64,000 nt of DNA. Source: Acidimicrobiaceae bacterium. GTDB lineage: Bacteria > Actinomycetota > Acidimicrobiia > Acidimicrobiales > UBA8592. Each line of letters starts with the position of its first letter. The first letter of the stretch is position 1. The notes below the pieces were generated by a model that made no database searches, was not told where the DNA came from, and saw only the letters and a program-made list of their open reading frames with translations. The translations under genes were made by a program, and so were the position numbers. This document shows positions 9,353 through 18,793 of the stretch, piece after piece. The stretch spans positions 15-64,014 of the forward strand of contig PBMJ01000035.1 of NCBI GenBank assembly GCA_002722525.1. Direction: 5' to 3'.

Positions 9353-10336
9353 TCAAGTATTGAAAGCTTCAGCAATCAGTTCATATGAACGAAGTCGTTG
9401 ACTGTGGCTATAACAGATAGTCACCAGAAGCAATTCTTCAGCTTCATATGTATCCGCTATTGCACAAAGTTGACCTTTAACACGATCTGGGGTGCCAATA
9501 ACCATAGGTCGACTAGGGGAGTGAAAACGTAGATCGTTGAATTCCTCATTCACATCTTTAATATTGCTTGTGTCTGGTATCGGTCCACGAAGTCCGGAGG
9601 ATCTCCAAAGTTCAAGGCTTGACAGCATCTGTTGCGCATCCTCTTTACTATCAGCGCACAAAACACTGACTCCAACACTGACAGAAGGATCTGGGTGCTC
9701 TTCAGAAGGGGAGTAGTGCTGACGGTAGAGATCGCAGACAGTAGCACCATCGCCGTTAATGAAATGAGCCCAGCTCAAAGGAAGGCCACAATGTGCAGCG
9801 ACACTTGCAGATCCATCGCTAGATGCTAATAGCCACATCTCTGGAACTGAAGCAGTAGTTGGTAGCGCCTCTACTCCAGACAAAGGGCCCGACTGAATTG
9901 TTTTTCCGCTTAGTAGTTGCCTCAATGCTAAAAGAGATTCGAGGTAATTCTCGGATCCAGAAGCGCTTCCAGTCGACTGAAAAGCATATGCGGTCCTAGC
10001 ATCGGATCCGGGAGCTCGACCCAACCCAAGGTCGATCCTGTTCGGGTGTAGGGCTTCGAGAACTTTAAAATTTTCTGCGACTTTCAAAGGGGAATAGTGA
10101 CTTAACATCACTCCGCCGGAGCCTACACGAATAGTTTTGGTGTTCTCAGCTATGTGGCCTATCAAGATCTCAGGGCTCGAACCAGCTAACCCGTGCATTC
10201 CGTGGTGTTCTGCAACCCAGTAGCGGTAATAACCTAAATCATCGGCGAACTGAGCTAAGTCAATAGAGTTCCGTAAAGCCTGTGACGGGGTAGTGCCTTC
10301 GGGTACTGGACTTTGATCTAAAACGGAAAGACGCAC
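9353..10336 (-). CDS. LLM-class (luciferase-like) flavin-dependent oxidoreductase
   Basis: MRLSVLDQSP, YWVAEHH, IRVGSGGVML.HYSPLKVAE, RIDLGLGRAPG. Confidence 0.9.
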   Translation of the reverse strand: MRLSVLDQSPVPEGTTPSQALRNSIDLAQFADDLGYYRYWVAEHHGMHGLAGSSPEILIGHIAENTKTIRVGSGGVMLSHYSPLKVAENFKVLEALHPNRIDLGLGRAPGSDARTAYAFQSTGSASGSENYLESLLALRQLLSGKTIQSGPLSGVEALPTTASVPEMWLLASSDGSASVAAHCGLPLSWAHFINGDGATVCDLYRQHYSPSEEHPDPSVSVGVSVLCADSKEDAQQMLSSLELWRSSGLRGPIPDTSNIKDVNEEFNDLRFHSPSRPMVIGTPDRVKGQLCAIADTYEAEELLLVTICYSHSQRLRSYELIAEAFNT

Positions 10337-10566
10337 ATTATATAGTCTAATTAATGCGTACTGAAGTCACATCACGAATGAAAAGTAATATAGGCTTCGT
10401 GTGTTGGAGTTAAGACCCGAACTACTGTGAGATGAAGCAATAAAGAAGAACAAGATTCACCATAAGGAGTTTGTACTCAGCGATTGAAAATCTTTAAGGC
10501 CAAAAAGTATTTAGATGAGTAAATTTATGATATCCATGTTAGATATCAATACTATAAAGGAGAAAC

Positions 10567-10929
10567 ATGAAACCTAAACTATTACACGCCTGGGTTAGTA
10601 ACCGAGCAAGCGACTTAAGAATGATGGTGCTTGTCTACACGGCTGCAACAATTGGAACTCTATTTCTGGTTCGAGATGCAGCTAACTTTGGAAGCGAAAT
10701 GCAATTTGCAATTGCAGCAGCCATTGTCTCATTCGGCGTAAATGCGATCGTCTGGTTTGATGGAGCTATAGCTGATATAGGAGCGAGTAGATCATCAATG
10801 GACCAAGACTTAGCTAACTCTGAAATGGGCAAAAACTTCAAGAGAGCTCCTTTTATTATGTTTCGACTTATGGCTTTATCAATAGTAGTAGTCAATTCAG
10901 TAGCACAGATAATAGCGCTTTACGCCTAA
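10567..10929 (+). CDS. Small membrane protein, unknown function
   Basis: Strong SD AAGGAG; three hydrophobic segments. Confidence 0.7.
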   Translation: MKPKLLHAWVSNRASDLRMMVLVYTAATIGTLFLVRDAANFGSEMQFAIAAAIVSFGVNAIVWFDGAIADIGASRSSMDQDLANSEMGKNFKRAPFIMFRLMALSIVVVNSVAQIIALYA

Positions 10930-11134
10930 ATAGACGGTCGATAGCCAATAGAGCACAAGGTCATAGTTTATACAGTAACGCCGGAAATACACGTTATGTA
11001 AAGTAAATATGCAATTTTCCCCTATAATTACTGATTAGTTCGACTAAACACTTCGTTCTTGTTAACTTTAAATTCACAACTTTATTTAATTAAAGACATT
11101 TGAGAATTAATTAGACACTTTAGAAGGAGCTAAC

Positions 11135-12853
11135 GTGCTTGGCGATAAATGGATAACTGATCGAACTCCTACTGAGAAATTTCCACACTATACGAGAGCA
11201 AACGGTGCTGACGTTTTGGCAGATCCTGTTACTCCACTTGGGTGGACTTGGTCGTGGGAATCTGGTGTTGTTCTAGGATGTCGTGATGGTTTTGTATCAT
11301 ATGGTGTTTTCGATGCAGATGAATATGGCGATCCTCCTGAATCATTTGGCTTATTTGGTGGATATTTCTACAATTGCCTTACTCAGGCAAGGATGATGGG
11401 CGTTCGTCAACCTGGAGCCACTCCAGAAATGGTGGACGATGCCTACTTTGATGCTCATCCGGACGTGCCTCCGTACGTCCCTGAAGATTGGCATGAAAGT
11501 GAAGTCCACTCTCAACGCCTTGAAAAGAACGCTGAATATCTGCTAGGTACTGATTCTCATCCTCCTATAGAAGAATTGAAGATCCTCGCTCAGGACCTTC
11601 GAGATAGTAGACCCGATCTGACCGCTCTTACCTTGTCTGAACTTGTTGAACGGGCGCGTGAAATGCAGTACCCAACGAGGCAGATTTTCGATCAACATGT
11701 GATGGCGTCTTTAGCTGCTTCGAATGGGCCCGCTATTTTAACTGGGATTCTTACGGAGGTCGGGCGCGAAGCAGACGTTGTAAAACTGGTGACTGGTATC
11801 GGCAATGTAGATTCAGCTGAGATTGGCCGAGAACTCTGGACTTTATCTCGAATGATTCGTAACTCGGAAACTATGAGTGCTCATTTTGATGAATCATCTC
11901 CAAATATTGATTCTGACCTCCTAAGTGATGAGTTTAAGGAAAGTTTAGAGGGCTTCCTTCATCGCCATGGTTCTCGGGGGCCAAATGAGTGGGATCCAGG
12001 TTCAGATACATACGAATCTAATTTGTCGCTAACCTTTAGTCAGCTTGACCTAATTCGTAAACAAGACGATTCAGCTGATCCCCTTCTTGCGTTTGAGCGA
12101 AACGCTTCAGAGAGGGAACGTCTTAGAGCAGAGTTTGAAGAAATGTTCGCTGAGAACGAAGAAGCTTTAGGGATGTTCTCGGTCGGTATGAAAGCTGGTG
12201 AGTTGTGGATGGCTCTTCGTGAACGTAATAAATGTAGTGCAGTTAAACCAATTCATGAAGTCCGTATGTGTTTCAACGAAATTGCTGATCGGATGGTTGT
12301 AGAGGGCCATCTTGATAGCAGGAAACAAATATATATGCTTTTGGAAGAAGAAGTCGATGGATTCATCAGCGACCCATCTTCGTATACTGACCTTCTTCGC
12401 GAGAGAGAAGTTGACTACAAACTCCTGTTTGATTTGGATCCTCCATTTATCGTGAACACTGTTTGTCCACCTCTCAGTGAATGGCCGAGGAAGTCTGATC
12501 TGGACTACTCCCCCGTTACCGTTGGAGAGATAATGCAGGGAAATGCATGTTCACCGGGAACATATACAGGGAAAGCTAGGGTCATTCTTGATGCTAGTAA
12601 TCCTAGCGCTCTTGAACCAGGTGAAATTCTCGTTACATTCAACACTGATCCTGCGTGGACACCTCTATTTCTAGCTGCTGGTGCGGTAGTTGTTGATCTC
12701 GGTGCTGTTGCAAGCCATGCAAGTATCGTTAGCCGTGAACTTGGTATCCCATGTGTTGCGTCGGCAACTGATGCGAGTAAACGGATCCCTGACGGCGCCA
12801 CCATAACTGTTGACGGAGCAGAGGGAACTGTAACTATCCTTGAGCTTCCATAG
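11135..12853 (+). CDS. PEP-utilising-enzyme mobile (His-swivel) domain protein, rifampin-phosphotransferase-like, no ATP-grasp domain
   Basis: TRAN..DVLADPVTPL start, HGSRGPNEWD, C-terminal TDPAWTPLF...GAVASHASIVSRELGIPCV; SD AGAAGGAG. Confidence 0.85.
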   Translation: MLGDKWITDRTPTEKFPHYTRANGADVLADPVTPLGWTWSWESGVVLGCRDGFVSYGVFDADEYGDPPESFGLFGGYFYNCLTQARMMGVRQPGATPEMVDDAYFDAHPDVPPYVPEDWHESEVHSQRLEKNAEYLLGTDSHPPIEELKILAQDLRDSRPDLTALTLSELVERAREMQYPTRQIFDQHVMASLAASNGPAILTGILTEVGREADVVKLVTGIGNVDSAEIGRELWTLSRMIRNSETMSAHFDESSPNIDSDLLSDEFKESLEGFLHRHGSRGPNEWDPGSDTYESNLSLTFSQLDLIRKQDDSADPLLAFERNASERERLRAEFEEMFAENEEALGMFSVGMKAGELWMALRERNKCSAVKPIHEVRMCFNEIADRMVVEGHLDSRKQIYMLLEEEVDGFISDPSSYTDLLREREVDYKLLFDLDPPFIVNTVCPPLSEWPRKSDLDYSPVTVGEIMQGNACSPGTYTGKARVILDASNPSALEPGEILVTFNTDPAWTPLFLAAGAVVVDLGAVASHASIVSRELGIPCVASATDASKRIPDGATITVDGAEGTVTILELP

Positions 12854-12861
12854 GCGGAGGC

Positions 12862-14277
12862 TTGCCAAGTAAATCTAGGGCAGAGACAAAGCCTGATAAG
12901 AGAACACAGGGTTTGGTATTTGCCGCTCTTCTTGCCGGCTTTATCGGCGGTTGGGATGCTTCATCATCATTTTTTATATTTCCAGATATCAAAGAGACCA
13001 TTGCGAATGGAGATGCTGCAAATGCTTCTTGGGTTCTATCAACTCCTAATATCGTTGGCGCTGCTCTTTTATTACAGTCTGGACGACTAACTGATAAGTA
13101 TGGACCTGAGCGCCTTTATCGATTCGGTGTCATCTTTTATACATCTGGTGTGCTTCTATGTACGATCGCTCCTACTTTGTGGACTTTGGTCGGGGCAAGG
13201 GTAATTTCTTCCTCAGGTCAAGCTGTAATGGGGCCCGCTGCTATAGCTGTAGTCTTGCTGAATACCCCAATTGGAAGTCGAAGTGAAGCTGTAGGTAGAT
13301 GGGGATTCTACACGGCTGTTGCTGGGGCTCTCTCCCCCATCGCTATCTCTCAATTAATCGATACTTTTTCATGGAGGGCACTATTTGCGCTTCAAATACC
13401 GTTAGGTCTTTTTGTTGGATATCTCCTATACAAATACGGATCTAAACGAGCCGAAAAAGCAGATTCAGATGTTGCTTTACGACCAGTTGATGTCTTTCTA
13501 ACAATCGCTGGGTTAACAACACTGATTTTACCTATCGTAAAAGCAGAATCTTGGGGGTGGACATCTCTGAGAACGGTTATATTTTTCATTATTTCGTTTG
13601 CGTTAATCGGTGCACTTCTGTTTCGTTCCGATTCATCTCCTTCTTCTCCACTTCAACTTCATCTTTTCTCTAGTAAAGGATTTCTATTATCATCAATAAT
13701 GTCGGTAACCGCCGGAGTGGCTTTCTATGCACATTGGTTAGGGATGATTCTGTTCTTGACTGAAATTTGGCAGTACAGCCTAGTTAAAGCAGGTTTGCTT
13801 TTAACTATCATGCCCGGAACCATGAGTTTACTATCTGTCTATGCAGGGAAACTTGCTGACAGGTATGGAGAGCGATTGGTAATGATTCCTGGAATTTTGG
13901 TCTATACAGTTTTGTATGGTCTTTTCTGGTTATTTTGTGGGACATCAGAGAATCTACTATTACTAATTTTGGCGCTTCTTGGCTCGGGAGTAGGTATGGC
14001 TTGTGTTTGGCCGACACTTACTTCTCTTGGCGCTCAAGGAATCGAGGAGAATCTTATCGGGAGTGCAACCGCAATTATTCACACGTTTCAAAGGATTGGA
14101 GGAGCATTCGGGATTGCTATGGTTTTAGCAGTCGTAGGCGATGCGAGTGGCGTTGGAAGTATCAACGTTCATCGTGATGGCGTATTAGTAATAGCCATAG
14201 GTGGTTTGGCTACCTTAGTTTGCAGTGTCTTTCTATCAAGCAGAAACTCTAAAAACGCTGCAAGATTTCCTGCGTAA
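12862..14277 (+). CDS. MFS transporter (DHA2-like, about 14 TM)
   Basis: GRLTDKYG and GKLADRYG motif A copies; many TM helices. Confidence 0.85.
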   Translation: MPSKSRAETKPDKRTQGLVFAALLAGFIGGWDASSSFFIFPDIKETIANGDAANASWVLSTPNIVGAALLLQSGRLTDKYGPERLYRFGVIFYTSGVLLCTIAPTLWTLVGARVISSSGQAVMGPAAIAVVLLNTPIGSRSEAVGRWGFYTAVAGALSPIAISQLIDTFSWRALFALQIPLGLFVGYLLYKYGSKRAEKADSDVALRPVDVFLTIAGLTTLILPIVKAESWGWTSLRTVIFFIISFALIGALLFRSDSSPSSPLQLHLFSSKGFLLSSIMSVTAGVAFYAHWLGMILFLTEIWQYSLVKAGLLLTIMPGTMSLLSVYAGKLADRYGERLVMIPGILVYTVLYGLFWLFCGTSENLLLLILALLGSGVGMACVWPTLTSLGAQGIEENLIGSATAIIHTFQRIGGAFGIAMVLAVVGDASGVGSINVHRDGVLVIAIGGLATLVCSVFLSSRNSKNAARFPA

Positions 14278-15058
14278 CGGTAGCAAGGTGGATCCCGTCT
14301 TTAGAATAAATGGCTCCTGTTGCTAAACCACGATTACCCATATGGATAATTCCAATATGATGATGAAGTTGCCAGTCATACGGGTTGGATTTTTGATGAA
14401 ACCAAACTGCATGGTCTAGGCTAGCTCCGAAAAAATTTGGAGCTTCATCGTTGTCCCAATTCCCGTCAAACTCAGGGTGAAGACGAGCTGCTGCGTCGAA
14501 TGGTGCATCGTCGCTTGCGTAAACTAGTCCTAATTCATAGGAGCTTTCGTCGTGCTGTGGATCTCCACTTAAACGAATCCAAACGCCATGTCCAGAGGAA
14601 AGGGTGCCCTTCGGAATGACTTTTCTCTCCATTATGTTCGACCAATTATCGGAGGGCAGATCCTCTGGGACTGGCAGGTCATTTGGAAGTGACTTTTCTT
14701 GAATTTTTGGCCCATCTTCATCTATTTGGAATGAAGCTGAGAGATTTAATATGGCCCCTGGTGATTGTAGCGCTACGACTCTTCGAGTTGCGAAGGATTT
14801 GCCATCGCGCAACCTATCTACTTCAAGCTCTATGAGTTCATCACTAGATCCCCCGCGAATGAAGTAAGCATGAATTGAATGAACATGGTAGTTGGGATCT
14901 ACCGTTTGCTTGGCTGCATTAAGTGCTTGTGCCACGACCTGCCCACCGTATACTCTCCCCCAGTTGTATTTGGGACTTCGAGCTGAGAAACGGTTATCGT
15001 CTATTTTGGTAAGAGTAATTAGCTCATTAAATGTATTGATGGGGCTGGGGGAATTCAC
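14249..15058 (-). CDS. tesB: Acyl-CoA thioesterase II
   Basis: RVYGGQVVAQAL, HSIHAYFIRGG, LRDGKSFATRRV, ASLDHAVWF, TVTQE. Confidence 0.88.
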   Translation of the reverse strand: MNSPSPINTFNELITLTKIDDNRFSARSPKYNWGRVYGGQVVAQALNAAKQTVDPNYHVHSIHAYFIRGGSSDELIELEVDRLRDGKSFATRRVVALQSPGAILNLSASFQIDEDGPKIQEKSLPNDLPVPEDLPSDNWSNIMERKVIPKGTLSSGHGVWIRLSGDPQHDESSYELGLVYASDDAPFDAAARLHPEFDGNWDNDEAPNFFGASLDHAVWFHQKSNPYDWQLHHHIGIIHMGNRGLATGAIYSKDGIHLATVTQEILQRF

Positions 15059-15112
15059 TTGTCGATCATACTCTGATTTACGCTTAATTAGCTAAGGTAC
15101 TAAAGTTTTGAA

Positions 15113-15895
15113 ATGGAGAAATCATTTATAGTAACTGGAGTGGCTAGCGGTCTTGGCTCATGTGTAGCTAACTCTTTGAGGGCAAATGGCTCAAAAGTCA
15201 TAGGGATAGATTGGAAAGGTCAACCTGATATTCGAGCTGATCTTTCAAAGGAAGATGAAGTTGTTGGTGCAATGGAACAAGCATTTTCAATGTGCCCGAA
15301 TCCGAATGGCGTTGTTTCAAATGCGGGCCTTAGTCCCGTGCATGAGAATCATCTTGAAATGATTGAGGTCAATTGGTTCGCCGCAAAGATGGTTCTGGAA
15401 TTAAGTTTGAACTATTTGGCTTCTAGTAAAGGTTCATCTGCTGTTGCCATTGCTTCAATTGGAGCAGCCCTTGGAGGCGATCCCGAGCTGGAAGGATGTC
15501 TTCACTCAGAAGACAGAGAAGGTATAGAAAGCTTCCTTGCTAATATGCAAGCTAATGACCCATCTAGTTCGGGTATAGTCGCATACAGCACTTGTAAAGC
15601 CGCCTTAGCTCGCTTTGCACGAACTAACGCCCAGAGTTGGGGATCTAAGGGCGTTAGGTTGAATGTAGTAGCTCCTGGCAAAATGGATACGGCCATGTTG
15701 GATGGTTTATTGTCTGACCCTGTTCTCTCTGAGGGAGTTTCAAATCTACCAAGTGGCGTTATGGAGACTGGACATCCAAATCAGATTGCTGATGTTGTTA
15801 AATTTCTACTTTCTAGTGATTCTTCATTTGTTCACGGACAGGTGATTTACGTGGATGGAGGGACGGAGGCGATTATGAGGCCTGATTTAGTGTAA
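15113..15895 (+). CDS. SDR oxidoreductase (3-alpha-hydroxysteroid-dehydrogenase-like)
   Basis: TGVASGLG, NAGL, YSTCK, RLNVVAPG, VDGG; layout like the 3alpha-HSD/carbonyl reductase subgroup. Confidence 0.8.
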   Translation: MEKSFIVTGVASGLGSCVANSLRANGSKVIGIDWKGQPDIRADLSKEDEVVGAMEQAFSMCPNPNGVVSNAGLSPVHENHLEMIEVNWFAAKMVLELSLNYLASSKGSSAVAIASIGAALGGDPELEGCLHSEDREGIESFLANMQANDPSSSGIVAYSTCKAALARFARTNAQSWGSKGVRLNVVAPGKMDTAMLDGLLSDPVLSEGVSNLPSGVMETGHPNQIADVVKFLLSSDSSFVHGQVIYVDGGTEAIMRPDLV

Positions 15896-15946
15896 CTTTT
15901 TGCAGGAGTCCACCACTTTCATCATTACTGCAGGAACAATGGGAAA

Positions 15947-16276
15947 ATGGTATTCCAAGCAACTTCTTTATCTGATTTAGACTCAGAGATTTTAGATAAT
16001 CTTCCTTTAGATATTCGTGACAAAATTATTGCAGGTGAGATTGACAAATTACCTGACAATATTTTGGATACTGTACCAGATTCCATTTCAAGTAGGATCC
16101 CTCCTTCTCTTATAGAGGCAGCAAATTCAAATCCTACCCTTACACTTATTCTAGTCATCGCTGGAACAATTGGTGTTATCGGATTCGGGTATGGGGTGAT
16201 GAAAAGCGGATTTAAGTCTGCTTTTTTCTTTGGCGCTGTTGCAATAGCTGCATGGACTTACTACGCGCTTCTCTGA
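15947..16276 (+). CDS. Small membrane protein with LP/IP-repeat N-terminus
   Basis: ILDNLP / IDKLP / ILDTVP / ISSRIP repeats, then two TM helices. Confidence 0.65.
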   Translation: MVFQATSLSDLDSEILDNLPLDIRDKIIAGEIDKLPDNILDTVPDSISSRIPPSLIEAANSNPTLTLILVIAGTIGVIGFGYGVMKSGFKSAFFFGAVAIAAWTYYALL

Positions 16277-16987
16277 CTATCTTTGTGGAGTGCCCGCACC
16301 AAGTCCGCCATCTACATAAACTATTTGCCCAGTGACATAGGCAGATGCTTCAGAGACAAGAAATAAAACAACTTTTGCTATGTCGCTTGACTCCCCTACC
16401 CTGCCTAAAGGGACTGCTTTCGCTCTTTTCTCTTTAGCACCTTCTTTGTAGTTTTCACTTGTTCCAGGTGTTTCAATCAAACCAGGTGCAACAGCGTTAA
16501 CTCGTATAGGAGCAATCTCGAGTGCCCATTGCTTAGTTAATGTTTCTACCGCAGATTTTGACGCTGCATATAGGCCCAGCCCAGGAGAATTAGTTCGAGC
16601 AGCTAGCGATGAAATATTTACAACTGACCCTGAAGAAGAATTGCGAAGATGGTGAATGGCAGAACTGGTGCAAAGCAGGGTGCCAAGGATATTAACTTCT
16701 AGGACTTCTTTTTGATCATCAAAATTCATATCTTCTAATTTCTGAGGTATCCAGATTCCAGCATTATTGATTAAGGCGTCTAAATGAGTAATTGATGAAA
16801 AAAACTTTTTGACCGACTCTAGGTCGGTGATATCCACTTGTGCATACTGACACCCAAGTTCAGAACTTGACTGCTCGAGAAGGTCGTTATCCTTATCGAG
16901 TAGTGTGACTCTCCATCCAGCAGACGTTAGGTGCTGGGCACAGGCTAGGCCGATACCTTGAGCTCCTCCAGTTATTACTGCATGCAT
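16277..16987 (-). CDS. SDR oxidoreductase (FabG-like)
   Basis: TGGAQGIG, NNAG, YAASK, RVNAVAPG, VDGG. Confidence 0.9.
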   Translation of the reverse strand: MHAVITGGAQGIGLACAQHLTSAGWRVTLLDKDNDLLEQSSSELGCQYAQVDITDLESVKKFFSSITHLDALINNAGIWIPQKLEDMNFDDQKEVLEVNILGTLLCTSSAIHHLRNSSSGSVVNISSLAARTNSPGLGLYAASKSAVETLTKQWALEIAPIRVNAVAPGLIETPGTSENYKEGAKEKRAKAVPLGRVGESSDIAKVVLFLVSEASAYVTGQIVYVDGGLGAGTPQR

Positions 16988-17002
16988 TTGTAGCCAGTTT
17001 CC

Positions 17003-17335
17003 TTAAGACTTTCCATCTTCGTATATTTTCCTAATAAGCCAAAATCGCATAAATCTCGTGATGCCAAATTTAATAAACATGGCTGCACCGACAACAGTTA
17101 TAGATACTCCGCAAATTGCGAGAATTATGTGTTCGTTATGTTCGATATTATCTACAGCGAGATCTCCACTATTCTGAGCCCCTGCTACAAAGTAAGCAAC
17201 AAAGGCAAGAACAATTCCTGAGATCATCAAGATAGCTCCTAGCAGTTGGTATAACTTGTCTCGGTTAGGAGCTCCCGTTTTAATGTTTAAAGAATCCACT
17301 GCATCTTTAAAATCATTTAGTCTCTCATTTTCCAT
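17003..17335 (-). CDS. Small 2-TM membrane protein at end of ABC operon
   Basis: Two TM helices, RFMRFWLIR tail; SD AAGGA; co-oriented with the ABC genes. Confidence 0.75.
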   Translation of the reverse strand: MENERLNDFKDAVDSLNIKTGAPNRDKLYQLLGAILMISGIVLAFVAYFVAGAQNSGDLAVDNIEHNEHIILAICGVSITVVGAAMFIKFGITRFMRFWLIRKIYEDGKS

Positions 17336-17354
17336 AATTATCCTTTAGTAATAT

Positions 17355-18050
17355 CTATCCTAGATAAGCGTGCTTTAAATATTTTTGTATTTCAGAAGGA
17401 ATACCTTCTTTGATTAACTTGCCGTGAGTCATAATTCCAGCTGTAGTGGCTATTTCTAAGACTATGTTGGCAAATTGCTCAACTACCAAAATAGCGACTC
17501 CTTCTTCAGCTATTTGTTGAACAATTTCGTATAATTGTCCAACGATAAGGGGCGCTAGTCCCATTGACAATTCATCTAGAAGTAATATGGCGGGGTTTGT
17601 CGATAGCGCTCTGGACATAGCAAGCATTTGCTGCTCACCCCCAGAGAGAGTCCCTGCTAGTTGATTTGTTCGTGAAGATAACTGTGGAAAACGCCGGTAT
17701 GTGACCTCCTCAATTGCTTCTATGGATACCCCAGAACTTGTCATCATTAAAAGATTCTCTCTCACAGTTAAGTTTGGAAATATTCCCTTGCCTTCTGGAA
17801 TCGTACAAATTCCTGCCCTTGCTAAAGCATTGGGTTCAGACCCGTTCATAACTTTGCCAGCGATAATTAACTCTCCCTTTGTTGGGAGCAGTTGGCCGGA
17901 ACAGACTTTTAGGGTAGTTGATTTCCCACCACCGTTTGGCCCAAGAAGTGCATAAATTTGACCAGAAAATAACTCCATTGAAACATCTTTGAGAATCGAG
18001 ATCTCTCCATAGCCTGCGGTGATCCTCTGAAGGGATAGAAGGGGTATCAT
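17355..18050 (-). CDS. Liv-type (HAAT family) ABC ATP-binding subunit, LivF-like
   Basis: GPNGGGKST, IPEGKGIFPNLTVRENL, LSGGEQQMLA, LLDELSMGLAP. Confidence 0.9.
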   Translation of the reverse strand: MIPLLSLQRITAGYGEISILKDVSMELFSGQIYALLGPNGGGKSTTLKVCSGQLLPTKGELIIAGKVMNGSEPNALARAGICTIPEGKGIFPNLTVRENLLMMTSSGVSIEAIEEVTYRRFPQLSSRTNQLAGTLSGGEQQMLAMSRALSTNPAILLLDELSMGLAPLIVGQLYEIVQQIAEEGVAILVVEQFANIVLEIATTAGIMTHGKLIKEGIPSEIQKYLKHAYLG

Positions 18051-18793
18051 CGTTTTTTGAATCCCAAATATGCCTCAATAACCAATTCGTGTTCCTGAAT
18101 TTCTTCTGGAGTTCCTTTGGCAATGACACTACCGAAATCAAGTACGTTTACTAGATCGCAGGTATTCATAACGAGACTCATATCATGTTCGACTAGAAAA
18201 ATTGATATTCCGGAGTCGCATAGTTCTCTCAAAAGCAATCCGAAACTTTCCGTTTCTTCATCATTCTGGCCAGAAGCAGGTTCATCAAGAAGTAAAATAC
18301 TTGGTGACAGCACAAGCGCCCTGGCAAGTTCCACTAGTCGAGCTTGGCCTGTAGGTATTTCACTGGCCATGCTATTGCGGACAGAATTAAGTCCAGTCAG
18401 GTCTAGTATTCTGTCAATTTCAGAGCTGATGTTTGAACCTAAAATTTCAGTTCTGGAGCTGTTCCATTGGTTGCTTATTTCAAGCGAAACACGAATATTG
18501 TCGATGACTGAAAGACTATTGAATAGTTCGAGCTTCTGAAAAGTACGACCTATACCTATTCTTGCCCGTTTATGAGGGGCTAGAGAAGTAATATCTTCAT
18601 CAGCAAACAGCACCCTTCCAGAAGATGGCGTTAGAAGTCCGCTAATGACATTGAAAAGTGTTGTCTTCCCTGCTCCGTTAGGTCCAATCAATCCTGTAAT
18701 AGTTCCTGGATCGATGGCAAGTGAGACCTCATTAACCGCTATATGTCCGCCGAAGTAGACAGAAACATTCTCCAAATTGAGAAACTCATTCAT
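18047..18793 (-). CDS. Liv-type ABC ATP-binding subunit, LivG-like
   Basis: GPNGAGKTT, RTFQKLELF, ELARAL, LLDEPASG, VEHDM, AYLG. Confidence 0.9.
   Translation of the reverse strand: MNEFLNLENVSVYFGGHIAVNEVSLAIDPGTITGLIGPNGAGKTTLFNVISGLLTPSSGRVLFADEDITSLAPHKRARIGIGRTFQKLELFNSLSVIDNIRVSLEISNQWNSSRTEILGSNISSEIDRILDLTGLNSVRNSMASEIPTGQARLVELARALVLSPSILLLDEPASGQNDEETESFGLLLRELCDSGISIFLVEHDMSLVMNTCDLVNVLDFGSVIAKGTPEEIQEHELVIEAYLGFKKR

Noticed and set aside
11135-12853. Call as rifampin resistance gene (rph) or PEP synthase (ppsA)
   Set aside because: Lacks the ATP-grasp domain required by both, and lacks the PEP/pyruvate barrel of PpsA.
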